DNA of 64,000 nt from an uncultured virus (IMG/VR IMGVR_UViG_3300032462_001943) (lineage: Duplodnaviria > Heunggongvirae > Uroviricota > Caudoviricetes): the IMG/VR virus record IMGVR_UViG_3300032462_001943. One strand, 5' to 3'. The notes under the pieces are model-generated. The model ran no database searches and was not told the origin of the DNA. It saw nothing but the letters and a program-made list of their open reading frames with translations. The translations under genes were made by a program, and so were the position numbers. Of the stretch, positions 29,423 to 39,197 are shown piece by piece (positions within the stretch are counted from its first letter, which is position 1; every line of letters starts with the position of its first letter).

Positions 29423-30034
29423 ATGAAGTTCGCAGTGGTCACAGCTTGCGACGAAGGCTATGCCGACCTCCAGGAGCTTACCAGTCCTACCATCACTGCT
29501 TATTGTGACTTACACGGCTATGATTGTTATGTCCATCGAATTGTTGAAAAAGAACGACCAGCAGCTTGGTATAAGATCAAAGAAGTTTTGAAGGCATTTG
29601 AAACCGGCGTGGAATTCGTACTTTGGATTGACACCGACGCCATAGTTGTCAATAATAAATTCAGGCTAGAAGACATTGCGGAAGATGGGAAGGACTTCTA
29701 TTTCGCCTGCAATTGGGCCGCAATGAACAGTGGCGTATTCATGATGCGAAACACGCAATTGAATAAGGATTTCCTCAACCTCGTTTGGCAGCACGATCAA
29801 TTCATCAATGATGGTTGGTGGGAGCAACGAGCCATCATTCACTTGCTGGAACTGCAAGTTTATCCCGAAGAAAAGATCAAAGAAATTCCTGCTGTCGATT
29901 TTAATTCGGAAGAATATTTCAGCTTTTCTTTCATTCATCACCTGCCGCAAGTCTCTAAAGTTGAACGCATGAAGATATTTCGCAAAATACTATCAAAGGG
30001 CATAAATGGCAAAATCAAACAAGACAAAACATGA
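29423..30034 (+). CDS. GT34 (GMA12/MNN10-like) glycosyltransferase
   Basis: W.KI, LWIDTDA, NSGVFMMRN, WWEQRA; GGAG RBS. Confidence 0.8.
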   Translation: MKFAVVTACDEGYADLQELTSPTITAYCDLHGYDCYVHRIVEKERPAAWYKIKEVLKAFETGVEFVLWIDTDAIVVNNKFRLEDIAEDGKDFYFACNWAAMNSGVFMMRNTQLNKDFLNLVWQHDQFINDGWWEQRAIIHLLELQVYPEEKIKEIPAVDFNSEEYFSFSFIHHLPQVSKVERMKIFRKILSKGINGKIKQDKT

Positions 30035-30131
30035 AGACATAGTTTTGGCAAATTTAGATTTGTTGAAGACGCTGCCTAATTTAGATTTTTATGGATTTTC
30101 ACTGGTCAATACTACTTGAAAGATAATACAG

Positions 30132-31043
30132 ATGTATGATGTGATGAACAATATTCCTGACCGAATGATTAAGTGTCTGGATAAAGGTTTTGTTGAACTT
30201 GTGGATGTAATGCCCCGTCTAGTTCCAGAAGAAACTAAAACGGCAGATTTTGCCATTGTTCAGGCGGCAAGAGTCTCCTATGGAAACGGCACAAAAACCG
30301 TCAATGAAGATCGTGGGCTTATTAGATATTTACTTCGCCACTCTCACACGACGCCAATAGAAATGGTGGAATTCAAGTTCCATGCAAAGATGCCAATTTT
30401 TGTTGCCAGACAGTGGATTCGACATCGGATGAGTTCAACCAACGAATATAGTGGTAGATATTCGGTCATGAAGGATGAATTTTACATTCCTGATATAGAC
30501 AATATCCGGCAGCAGTCCAAGACGAATAAGCAGGGCGGCGATCAGCAAATGTCTACGATGGATGCCCAGGGTTTCCTGGATGTTCTTAATGAAACGTGTG
30601 ACAATGCCTATGCTACTTATCAGGAGTACATCGAAAAAGGCGTGGCTCGTGAGGAAGCAAGAATGATTTTGCCAGTTAACAACTATACCGAGTGGTATTG
30701 GAAAATTGACCTTCACAATCTGTTTCATTTCCTTGCTTTGCGATGCGATAAGCACGCTCAGATGGAAATTCGAGTATTCGCTGATGCAATGCTCGAATTG
30801 ATCGAGCCAATAGTTCCTGTTACGGTAGAAGCCTGGAATGACTATCACGATCATCGTGGTGCGATTAAGCTCACCAGATTAGAAATCGAAGCATTGAAAA
30901 AATCACTTTCTGTTCAACCTGCGGAAGTTGCTGCTGAAGGATGTGTTCAATTTTTTCAAATTGACTCAGATAACAAACGTGAACAAGCAGAATGGATGGA
31001 TAAGGCAATTAAATTGGGATTTATTGAAGTCTTGAAACCTTGA
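30132..31043 (+). CDS. thyX: Flavin-dependent thymidylate synthase
   Basis: AARVSY, HTTPIE, RHRMSSTNEYSGRY, LRCDKHAQMEIR. Confidence 0.95.
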   Translation: MYDVMNNIPDRMIKCLDKGFVELVDVMPRLVPEETKTADFAIVQAARVSYGNGTKTVNEDRGLIRYLLRHSHTTPIEMVEFKFHAKMPIFVARQWIRHRMSSTNEYSGRYSVMKDEFYIPDIDNIRQQSKTNKQGGDQQMSTMDAQGFLDVLNETCDNAYATYQEYIEKGVAREEARMILPVNNYTEWYWKIDLHNLFHFLALRCDKHAQMEIRVFADAMLELIEPIVPVTVEAWNDYHDHRGAIKLTRLEIEALKKSLSVQPAEVAAEGCVQFFQIDSDNKREQAEWMDKAIKLGFIEVLKP

Positions 31044-31058
31044 TTTTTTGAAGCCTTG

Positions 31059-31089
31059 AAAGCCCACAACAAAGTTGTGGGCTTTTTTT
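31059..31089 (+). terminator. Intrinsic terminator
   Basis: AAAGCCCACAAC-aaa-GTTGTGGGCTTTTTTT. Confidence 0.85.
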
Positions 31090-31110
31090 GTTGACATACT
31101 TACTTATGTT

Positions 31111-32538
31111 ATGAGCATATTAGAAAAATTCTTGAAGTTAGAAGCGATTAGTCCAGCAGTGAAAGTTGGCGTTATTGGGGACGCCATGATCGATGAGTAT
31201 TTCAATGTACGAGTCAAAAAGATTTCCCCGGAATTTCCCATTCCCGTCATGCACTCCAACACGGATAAATCCCAGGACTTTCCAGGTGGTGCAGCAAACG
31301 TCGTTTATCAATTCAAAAACTTTAATGCCAATGTCAATTTGATTTCCTTTACTGATGAGTCGGCAGATACAGCTTTGAGGATAAAAGGAATCAATACTGC
31401 CATGTGCGTGAATATACTCACTCGTATTCCTCGAAAACGTAGATTTTATAGTGATGATTTTCCCACCTATAGGTGGGACGTAGAGGAGCCACACTATGGG
31501 TTGGGGTCTGATTTAGATAAGAAATGCTTTGAGCTTTACGAGAAGGCGCAACAGACAGCGGATCATTTTGATGTTCTAATATTTTCAGATTATGACAAAG
31601 GTGTATTTTCTAAATATACAGATTTATTGATTCCTGAGTGTCCAATCACCATTGTTGATCCTAAATCTGGAGATTTGGATCGTTGGCGAGGTTGTACTAT
31701 TTTCAAGCCAAATAAAGAAGAAGCACTTTCATTGTCCGGTTGCAGCAACGTCAATGAGGCTGGAGCCTATTTATTGAATAGGCTTAATTGTAAGGCTGTA
31801 ATAATCACTCAAGCAGGACAGGGCGTTACTGTATTTGATGATCTTGGCACCTACGAGATTCGTCCAACTCAAGCACTCCTACCAGCCGAATCGGTAATTG
31901 GTGCTGGCGATTGCTTTACTGCATTTTTGGCCATGTCATTAGGCTACAAGATAAAAATTCGAGAAGCTGCGGAGATTGCTTGGCGTGCAGGATCGTTGTA
32001 CGTTAAGAATAGACACAACAAGCCATTATATCGAAGCGATATTTTGCATATATTTGACCCGACCGCAGGTAAAATTATTGACACACATCCAGAATTGGTA
32101 TTTCAAAATAGAAAATACAAACTGGTATTCACGAATGGCTGTTTCGATATTCTTCATGCGGGTCATTTGGAAACGCTTCGATATGCACGAAGTCTGGGCG
32201 ATAAGTTGGTTGTTGCTGTGAACACAGATGAAAGTGTCGCCAAGTTCAAGCCAGGACGCCCATTTGTTTCTCTCGATGATCGTATGCGACTTTTAGCTGG
32301 ATTGGAATTTGTAGATTTTGTCATCCCATTTGGTGAACCAACGCCTTTGGAAATTATCAAGCGAATTAAGCCAGATGTATTGGTAAAAGGCGGTGAATAT
32401 AAAAAAGAAGATATTGTTGGTTACGGAATAGTGAACGAAGTAGTGACTGTTCCAATGATTGCTGGCCTATCCACAACCAATCTATTTAAAAAAATAAAGA
32501 CCCAGATTGAATCTGAGTCTTTAACAAAAGATGATTAG
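31111..32538 (+). CDS. hldE: Bifunctional heptose-7-phosphate kinase / heptose-1-phosphate adenylyltransferase
   Basis: GDAMIDEY, PGGAANV, SDYDKG, KPNKEEA, GAGD; FTNGCFDILHAGH, LVKGGEY. Confidence 0.92.
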   Translation: MSILEKFLKLEAISPAVKVGVIGDAMIDEYFNVRVKKISPEFPIPVMHSNTDKSQDFPGGAANVVYQFKNFNANVNLISFTDESADTALRIKGINTAMCVNILTRIPRKRRFYSDDFPTYRWDVEEPHYGLGSDLDKKCFELYEKAQQTADHFDVLIFSDYDKGVFSKYTDLLIPECPITIVDPKSGDLDRWRGCTIFKPNKEEALSLSGCSNVNEAGAYLLNRLNCKAVIITQAGQGVTVFDDLGTYEIRPTQALLPAESVIGAGDCFTAFLAMSLGYKIKIREAAEIAWRAGSLYVKNRHNKPLYRSDILHIFDPTAGKIIDTHPELVFQNRKYKLVFTNGCFDILHAGHLETLRYARSLGDKLVVAVNTDESVAKFKPGRPFVSLDDRMRLLAGLEFVDFVIPFGEPTPLEIIKRIKPDVLVKGGEYKKEDIVGYGIVNEVVTVPMIAGLSTTNLFKKIKTQIESESLTKDD

Positions 32539-32554
32539 CCGAGTAAGTGCAAAG

Positions 32555-32872
32555 TTACTTATCACATTTTGCACAGGTGCGGGCATCGCAGCACTTTTTA
32601 TCGGGACCACAGTTGCATTCAAGACAATTGCAACCTTCGGCTCCGCAGGCACATCTGACGCCGCACTTGCATTTATCACAGCACTTGCCATCACATTTGC
32701 AGCAGCAGTCCTTGCAACAAAGACACCCGCAATCACAAGATGTGCAGGCACGCCCGCAATCACAAGACTTGCATTCGTGCTTTTTACAAGGGAAACCAAG
32801 ACCAAGACAGATCAAGCCAGCGGCTAATATACCAGCCAGCGATCCAAGAAACGCTCCAATAAAACACTTCAT
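32555..32872 (-). CDS. Membrane-anchored metallothionein-like Cys-rich protein
   Basis: AGGAG RBS; hydrophobic N-terminus; about 30 Cys in 105 aa. Confidence 0.65.
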   Translation of the reverse strand: MKCFIGAFLGSLAGILAAGLICLGLGFPCKKHECKSCDCGRACTSCDCGCLCCKDCCCKCDGKCCDKCKCGVRCACGAEGCNCLECNCGPDKKCCDARTCAKCDK

Positions 32873-32930
32873 GGGTAATACTCCTAAGTTGATGTTTATC
32901 CTTCAGTAGATATGATTCTATGGAGGAAAT

Positions 32931-33209
32931 ATGGCACGGCGAAAACTGACGATAAACAAGATTGCAAAGAAACATTGCGACGGCAAGTGTTACTTTTGTC
33001 CGTGTGATACTTACGACCTCTTAGACGTTCACCGTATCATCGAAGGATCGCAGGGCGGAAAGTATACGGACTTTAATACGATCACCGTATGTAGCTTGTG
33101 TCATCGTAAAATCCATGCTGGTTTGATTCGCATTGATCGTAAGTATTTTTCTACCGCTGGCAGGTGGATGCTTCATCATTGGATTGGCGATGAAGAAAAA
33201 TGGTCTTAA
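32931..33209 (+). CDS. Small HNH endonuclease
   Basis: CYFC, DVHRI, GGKY...N, CSLCHRKIH. Confidence 0.8.
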   Translation: MARRKLTINKIAKKHCDGKCYFCPCDTYDLLDVHRIIEGSQGGKYTDFNTITVCSLCHRKIHAGLIRIDRKYFSTAGRWMLHHWIGDEEKWS

Positions 33210-33478
33210 CGTGCGCCAAGTTGTTTTGCGGCATCTGGACCACCGAGGTAAGCACCTACAGCGCCAGCAGCAGTTGGGTCTTTCTGGACCAGTTTTTCTA
33301 CATTGGCATCTTGTGTTAGGGCTTGCTTAATCACTGGCACTGGAGTCAATCCAGGAAGAACTTTAGGGTTCTTTTTTGCAACCATATTCCCAACATCGGC
33401 TATTTTGTTGCTGATTGAGGGCGATGATTCATCAAACGCTCTATCTCGTTCTGCTGCGAATTCTTTGAATGTCTTCAT
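33206..33478 (-). CDS. Putative internal head protein with a T4 IP-like N-terminus
   Basis: MKTFKEFAAE; TAAATA just upstream. Confidence 0.6.
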   Translation of the reverse strand: MKTFKEFAAERDRAFDESSPSISNKIADVGNMVAKKNPKVLPGLTPVPVIKQALTQDANVEKLVQKDPTAAGAVGAYLGGPDAAKQLGAR

Positions 33479-33533
33479 ATTTCTATTTACTCCTCAGCAA
33501 TCAATTTTGGCTGAACATCATACATAGTGTAGT

Positions 33534-33728
33534 ATGATGACATTCCTTCAATATTTGAACGAGCAAGAGAAGCGTGTAAAGCTCTACGGCATGGGTACGG
33601 GACATTCTCCCGGCAAGATGTTTAGTGTTGTGAATCCAGCTAAACCAGCCAAGCCGATTTTTACGGGCCTAAATGTCAATACCATCCATCCAGTCCCAAG
33701 AAATGGAAAACCAGTTAAGGGATTGTGA
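33534..33728 (+). CDS. Small hypothetical (possible internal head) protein
   Basis: MMTFLQYLNEQE. Confidence 0.55.
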   Translation: MMTFLQYLNEQEKRVKLYGMGTGHSPGKMFSVVNPAKPAKPIFTGLNVNTIHPVPRNGKPVKGL

Positions 33729-33760
33729 TGAAGCGTGCGAGTCGTTAACTCTATTATGGC

Positions 33761-34342
33761 ATGACAATATCATCGACCGGAGACGGTCTGAATATTTTGA
33801 TCGCTTGCGATTATCTGCCGCACCATAATTGGATGTCTTTTTTGTGTTGGTATTCACTAACCAAAAATCTACCCGATGCGAAGGTTTTCGTTGCATCTCA
33901 CCGCAGGTTGATGAAGCACGATCTATTTATTTGGACCCGCAAATGTAAAATTCCCTTTATCCTTCACAAAGAATCTGACGAAGCGGGCCAAATTCAAGCC
34001 GCACTCGATTACGGTGTATCCAAACCACTGTTGGTCGTATCACCAGATTCTCTTTGTGTGAGAGATTTTGATGAGGCGGGATTTTCACCAGAATCACTCT
34101 CTGAAATAGGGAAGCTAGATGCGGAGCTATCTTGTGATTGCAAAGAGGCTCGTTCGTGTCCTTTCGTGACATATTCAAATGGCTGGGGTAAGTTTGTTAC
34201 ATCCTCATGGATAAATAAGATGAGTAGCCCCTTTTTGTTTGGTGTTAAGTATAGCCAAGGCGATTTAACGGCTAACGAACTGAGGATTGGGCGGCTTTGG
34301 AGCGCAGCAACTCCCTTATTTTTAACCGTATCAAGAGGATAA
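33761..34342 (+). CDS. Hypothetical protein
   Basis: Long ORF in an operon-like run. Confidence 0.6.
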   Translation: MTISSTGDGLNILIACDYLPHHNWMSFLCWYSLTKNLPDAKVFVASHRRLMKHDLFIWTRKCKIPFILHKESDEAGQIQAALDYGVSKPLLVVSPDSLCVRDFDEAGFSPESLSEIGKLDAELSCDCKEARSCPFVTYSNGWGKFVTSSWINKMSSPFLFGVKYSQGDLTANELRIGRLWSAATPLFLTVSRG

Positions 34343-34343
34343 T

Positions 34344-34640
34344 ATGAGAAGGTTCAATTACGACGACAACGAAGAATATCGTGAGGACGTAGACAAATTC
34401 TTTAGTGAAGAAGGCGAAGGCGACCTCAGCGATGAGCAATACAAAGCCATCATGGAAGAAGAAAGGGCAATTCAACAATTGCAAATTCGGTTTGTCCATC
34501 GTGACTTGAATCACCGTATTCTTAGAACTGCCATTCGTGCCTGTGAAAAATCAATTTGGTGGCGGTTTTGCCGACATACTACTAAATTAAAAATGATAGA
34601 TGCGACTTACAAGCAACTTAGAAAGCTAGAGGAAGAATAA
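34344..34640 (+). CDS. Hypothetical protein
   Basis: GAGG RBS. Confidence 0.6.
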   Translation: MRRFNYDDNEEYREDVDKFFSEEGEGDLSDEQYKAIMEEERAIQQLQIRFVHRDLNHRILRTAIRACEKSIWWRFCRHTTKLKMIDATYKQLRKLEEE

Positions 34641-34975
34641 TGCCACGTTACGATTTTGAATGCAAGAAGTGCAAGAAGGTGTACGAAGAGTTGGTCCCCT
34701 ACGATGAAACCAATAAATACAAAGGGGTTCAGTGTCCTGATTGTGGATGTAAGCGTAAAGAAAAGCTGGTTTCAGCTTGTAGTTTTATGTTTTCAAATCC
34801 TGAAGGTACTGACCGTTGGAATAGTTCATCGTCGGGACATGACTATCGGTTCCACCATAATTTGCCCAAGGTTATTGCTGAAAGACAAGCAGCAGAGGAA
34901 CATGGTGGCAATGCCGAACCATACAACTCAATAAACGACCTTGAAAGCAATGACTCGTGGGGCGAAGCGAAATAA
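34640..34975 (+). CDS. FmdB-family zinc-ribbon protein
   Basis: MPRYDFECKKC...CPDCG...KLVS. Confidence 0.8.
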   Translation: MPRYDFECKKCKKVYEELVPYDETNKYKGVQCPDCGCKRKEKLVSACSFMFSNPEGTDRWNSSSSGHDYRFHHNLPKVIAERQAAEEHGGNAEPYNSINDLESNDSWGEAK

Positions 34976-34980
34976 AAAGA

Positions 34981-35020
34981 AAAGAAAAAGTCCAGGATTA
35001 TCGTCCTGGACTTTTTCTTT
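34981..35020. terminator. Bidirectional intrinsic terminator
   Basis: AAAGAAAAAGTCCAGGA...TCCTGGACTTTTTCTTT. Confidence 0.85.
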
Positions 35021-35165
35021 GTCATATCCTCTCTTATAATCCAAGAAGACACCTGTTGAATATCTTGAACATTTTTCAAGATTAGTATTTTGGGTCTTGA
35101 ACGAGAAATATTCAGCGGCTATATTCCATCTTGCTCGTACCGGATATATGCTCCTTGGAGGAAAA

Positions 35166-37244
35166 ATGACAACAACCCTGAAGAAAGCAATTGGCAACTT
35201 TAACCGAAATCAATTCCGTGCGTTGCACGCCGAAATGACTTTCGGGGAGTATCTGGAGCTTTGTTACAAGCAGCCGTTTCTGCTTCGCAACGCTTGGCAG
35301 ACACTTTATGACATGATTATGGAGAAGGGTTCCGGTACGACTGAAGAGTACCGAAAAACCTATACCAACTATTACTTCTTCGATGATCCAGATTATCCAA
35401 TCATTGGTTTAACGCCAATGAAGGACGCCCTGGTCAAGTTCATCAAGGGAGCCGCTGGTGGCTACGGAACAGAACGCCGTATTCTTTTGCTGCACGGTCC
35501 TGTTGGTAGCTCGAAGTCAACGCTGTGTCGCTTGCTCAAGCGAAGCATGGAGAAGTTCTCCCGCACAGACCAAGGAGCATGGTACTCCTACAAGTGGGTC
35601 AATCTACCAACTGGTGTAGATGGTGTGTACACAGAAGCAGAATGTCCTTGCCCGATGCACGAGCAGCCTCTCAAGTTGCTTCCAGTCGAAGTTCGTCAAC
35701 CTATTATTGATGAATTGAATCGTATTTTTGAGGAGATTTCTCCTGAAGAACGGCAGCAAGACCTTTATACGCTGCGTTGTGCAGATGAGTTGAATCCGCT
35801 GTGTAATAAGTTCATGACTTATTTCTTGAAGAAGTATGATGGCGACCTGGAGCAAGTGCTTGAGAAGCACATCAGGGTTGTTCGTAAGGTCTACAGCGAA
35901 GCGGATCGTTGCGGTATTGCAACCTTCCAGCCGAAGGACGAGAAGAATCAGGACAGCACCGAACTTACTGGTGACATCAACTTCCGTCAGATCGGCAACT
36001 TTGGTTCCGACTCCGATCCACGAGCCTTCTCCTTTGATGGTGAATTCTGTGTCGGAAATCGTGGCATCATCGAGTTTATCGAAGCCCTGAAGCTCGATAC
36101 TGCGTTCTTGTACGACCTCTTGGGTGCCTCGCAAGAGCAAAGCATCAAGCCGAAGAAGTTCTCTCAGGTCAGTATTGATGAAGCGATCATAGCTCACACA
36201 AACGACCCAGAATTCCAGAAACTCAAGAGTAATCAGTACATGGAAGCATTCCGTGACCGTACCACCAAGATCGACGTTCCTTACACCCTCAAGTGGTCTG
36301 AAGAACTCCGCATTTTGGAGAAGGATTATGGTCCTGGCAAGGTGAAGCAGCATATTGCTCCTCACACATTGGAAATTGCTGCTCTGTGGAGTGTATTGAC
36401 CCGTTTGGCCGACGACAAGGATGGCAAAATTTCTTTGATCGAGAAGGCCGAACTGTATGACAACAAGCTATTGGCTGGTTGGACAGAAGATGCCGTCAAG
36501 GAAATGAAGGATAAGTATCCTGATGAGGGTATGCAGGGCGGTGTGTCCGTGCGATACCTTCAGGATAAGATTTCCAATTGCTTGGCCAATAACCATGACT
36601 ATGTGAATATGTTCATGGTGTTGAATGAACTCCGGGATGGGCTGGAACATTCTTCTCTATTGTCCAACAAGGAACAGGTCGGTCGTTACATCTCCTGCAT
36701 CGACTTGGCTCTCAAGAAGCTGACCGAAATCTTGAAGGCTGAGGTACAGAAGGCTCTTGTGGGCGACGAAGACGCAATCATTCGGCTTTGCACGAACTAT
36801 ATCGACAACGTGATGGCATTCATCAATAAGTCGAAGATGAAAGACCCAATCACGGGTCAAGACCGCAAGCCGGATGAGCGACTGATGCGACAGATTGAAG
36901 AGAAGATTCAAATCCCGGATACGGGCTGTGAAGACTTCCGCCGTCAGATCGCAGCGTTCATCGGTGATTTGGCTCACAAGGGCAAGCAGTTCCGCTGGGA
37001 CAGCAATCCTAAGCTCCGCAAGGCTCTCGAAGCCAAGCTGTTCGAGGACGTTAAGGACACCATCAAGCTGAGTGCCTTGAACGTCAGTGGTGCAACAGTT
37101 GTGGATAAGGACATTCAGGAAAAGATCGACGCTATCAAGACCCGGCTCATCAAGCAATACGGGTATAACGAGCGGTCGGCAACTGATGTTCTGGACTTCG
37201 TGGGCGGCATCTTCGCCCGTGGCGATTTGGCCGAAGATGACTAA
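35166..37244 (+). CDS. prkA: PrkA/YeaG AAA+ serine kinase family protein
   Basis: LLHGPVGSSKST, CPMHEQPL, FQPKDEKNQD, DPRAF, NRGIIEFIE, EAFRDR. Confidence 0.93.
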   Translation: MTTTLKKAIGNFNRNQFRALHAEMTFGEYLELCYKQPFLLRNAWQTLYDMIMEKGSGTTEEYRKTYTNYYFFDDPDYPIIGLTPMKDALVKFIKGAAGGYGTERRILLLHGPVGSSKSTLCRLLKRSMEKFSRTDQGAWYSYKWVNLPTGVDGVYTEAECPCPMHEQPLKLLPVEVRQPIIDELNRIFEEISPEERQQDLYTLRCADELNPLCNKFMTYFLKKYDGDLEQVLEKHIRVVRKVYSEADRCGIATFQPKDEKNQDSTELTGDINFRQIGNFGSDSDPRAFSFDGEFCVGNRGIIEFIEALKLDTAFLYDLLGASQEQSIKPKKFSQVSIDEAIIAHTNDPEFQKLKSNQYMEAFRDRTTKIDVPYTLKWSEELRILEKDYGPGKVKQHIAPHTLEIAALWSVLTRLADDKDGKISLIEKAELYDNKLLAGWTEDAVKEMKDKYPDEGMQGGVSVRYLQDKISNCLANNHDYVNMFMVLNELRDGLEHSSLLSNKEQVGRYISCIDLALKKLTEILKAEVQKALVGDEDAIIRLCTNYIDNVMAFINKSKMKDPITGQDRKPDERLMRQIEEKIQIPDTGCEDFRRQIAAFIGDLAHKGKQFRWDSNPKLRKALEAKLFEDVKDTIKLSALNVSGATVVDKDIQEKIDAIKTRLIKQYGYNERSATDVLDFVGGIFARGDLAEDD

Positions 37245-37263
37245 TCTCGTCTGAGGGTTTAAT

Positions 37264-37300
37264 GGGATGGATTCACAAGAGTCCATCCCCTTCTCTCATT
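37264..37300 (+). terminator. Probable intrinsic terminator
   Basis: GGGATGGATTC...GAGTCCATCCC hairpin with a pyrimidine tail. Confidence 0.6.
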
Positions 37301-37334
37301 TCATTTTTAACTCATTTAATTTTTAGGCAATCTC

Positions 37335-37535
37335 ATGAATAATCATTGGCTAGAATCAAAGAGAAACAAAGATAGCGACAATTTTGGTATCGCTGGCAAC
37401 ATAAAGTTTATCATCGATGGCAAAGAAATGATAGCAATGAATAAGGATGGTTTTTATATTGAAGGACGTTTGGTCAAGAACGATTTGAAAATATACGAAG
37501 CGTTTAAGAGTTTTATTGGACGATCTCATGAATAA
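37335..37535 (+). CDS. Small hypothetical protein
   Basis: ORF bounded by a 22-bp direct repeat. Confidence 0.55.
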   Translation: MNNHWLESKRNKDSDNFGIAGNIKFIIDGKEMIAMNKDGFYIEGRLVKNDLKIYEAFKSFIGRSHE

Positions 37536-37743
37536 CCATTGGCTTGATTGCGCCAAGAAAAAACAATTGTTCAAAGAGATAGACGAAATCGGTCTTGAAG
37601 TATGGGGCGAAGATGGCACCTTGGGTGACTTGTTTGCTTCTCTCAATGATGAACAAATAGACTTCTTGATGAATATGCTTGTTCGAGATTTCATGACTGA
37701 CCCAGACGATATGTCATTCGGCGTAGAACTGATCGCACCCTAA
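37528..37743 (+). CDS. Small hypothetical protein
   Basis: Starts with the same MNNHWL as the preceding ORF. Confidence 0.55.
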   Translation: MNNHWLDCAKKKQLFKEIDEIGLEVWGEDGTLGDLFASLNDEQIDFLMNMLVRDFMTDPDDMSFGVELIAP

Positions 37744-37753
37744 AGGATTCAGT

Positions 37754-37936
37754 ATGCAACAGCTTGAGATTAAAGAAATCACAGCCGAAGAGGAACGACG
37801 CTTCTTGGTTAATCGGCGGGCCAGTCGGGAAACTATCATTCGGCAGTTTTCTAATGCTGACCCGGACACGTTGTCCGAAGAACAAAAAGATGAAGTCCTG
37901 ATCCAGATCAGAGACTTCAATTACGGTAACAAATAA
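37754..37936 (+). CDS. Small hypothetical protein
   Basis: AAGGA RBS. Confidence 0.55.
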   Translation: MQQLEIKEITAEEERRFLVNRRASRETIIRQFSNADPDTLSEEQKDEVLIQIRDFNYGNK

Positions 37937-37973
37937 TTACCCGAACAAGTCTATCCGAATCTTGGAGGGATAA

Positions 37974-39197
37974 ATGCCACGCAGAATTGAAGAAGACCAC
38001 AAAGATTTCAGAGATGTAGTATCTGGCCGTATTCGGAGAGCTTTGAAGAAGTTCATCAAGAGCGGCCAGATCGTCCGAAATCGTGGTAAAAATGGCAAGA
38101 TAGCAATCACCATTCCTAAGATCGACATCCCGCATATTGTTTATGGCAGTAGCGATGATGGTGTTGGTCGTGGACCTGGAAAAGATGGTGACGTTATTGG
38201 TCGTGATCCAAAGCCAGGAAAAGGCAATGGGGCTGGAGAAGGCGAAACCGAAGGCATCACCATTAACCTGGACCTTGAAGAAGTTCTCAAGTTCATGAAG
38301 GAAGAACTTCAACTTCCGAACCTGAAGAAGAAGCCAAACGAAATCTATGACGAAATCAAGATTAAATACAACAACATTTCGTTGATTGGACCTGAATCTT
38401 TACGTCACAATAGACGCACGCTGATGCAGACTCTCAAGCGTCAGGCTGCTGAAGGCACTCTCAATAATCTCAAGTATGTTCCTGGTCTTCCTGACCCGGT
38501 GAGAGTATTGCAGCCCATCAAAGAAGACAAGCGATACCGTCAGTTCAATGAGATTAAGATTCCATCCAGCAATGCGTTGGTGATCTTTGCTCGTGACGGC
38601 TCTGGCAGCATGGACGACGCCAAGTGCGATATTATCAGTGATATGTCTTGGTGGATTGATACTTGGATTCGTCGCTTTTATGACCGAGTTGATCGTCTGT
38701 ATGTGTGGCACGACTCGATGGCTATGGAAGTCGATGAAGAAAAATTCTATAAGTATCGGTTTGGTGGCGGCACCACATGCTCCTCAGCATTGAAATTCAT
38801 CACCAAACAGTTTGAGAATCGTTACCCGCCGAACAAGTGGAACATTTATGTGTTTTACTTTACTGACGGTGAAAATTGGGGTGATGATAATGAGACTTTC
38901 ATCAAGACTCTTCAGGACGAGTTCACTCCTGAAGTGGTGAACTTCACCGGCATCACCCAGATATTGTCATATACTTATGATGGGTCGGTAAAACATCAGG
39001 TTGACGAGGCAATCAAAGCTGGTCGTCTCGACAAGGAATATGTAAGAACTGTTTCTATCGGGCCGACGACTGAAGGTAAATCGACAGCAGGATATTACAG
39101 TCCACCAACTTTGAGCGAAGACGAACGGAACGAGCAAATCATGGATGCGATCAAAAAGTTGCTCGGCAATCCAGCCACAATTAGAGAGGAAGCATAA
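37974..39197 (+). CDS. yeaH: YeaH/YhbH (DUF444, vWA-like) protein
   Basis: ELQLPNL, D.RYR, RDGSGSM, GGGTTCSSA, WNIYVFYFTDGENW. Confidence 0.9.
   Translation: MPRRIEEDHKDFRDVVSGRIRRALKKFIKSGQIVRNRGKNGKIAITIPKIDIPHIVYGSSDDGVGRGPGKDGDVIGRDPKPGKGNGAGEGETEGITINLDLEEVLKFMKEELQLPNLKKKPNEIYDEIKIKYNNISLIGPESLRHNRRTLMQTLKRQAAEGTLNNLKYVPGLPDPVRVLQPIKEDKRYRQFNEIKIPSSNALVIFARDGSGSMDDAKCDIISDMSWWIDTWIRRFYDRVDRLYVWHDSMAMEVDEEKFYKYRFGGGTTCSSALKFITKQFENRYPPNKWNIYVFYFTDGENWGDDNETFIKTLQDEFTPEVVNFTGITQILSYTYDGSVKHQVDEAIKAGRLDKEYVRTVSIGPTTEGKSTAGYYSPPTLSEDERNEQIMDAIKKLLGNPATIREEA

Noticed and set aside
32531..32909. Plus-strand Ala-rich and Gln/His-rich ORFs
   Set aside because: They are antisense shadows of the Cys-codon-rich minus-strand gene, which has the better RBS.
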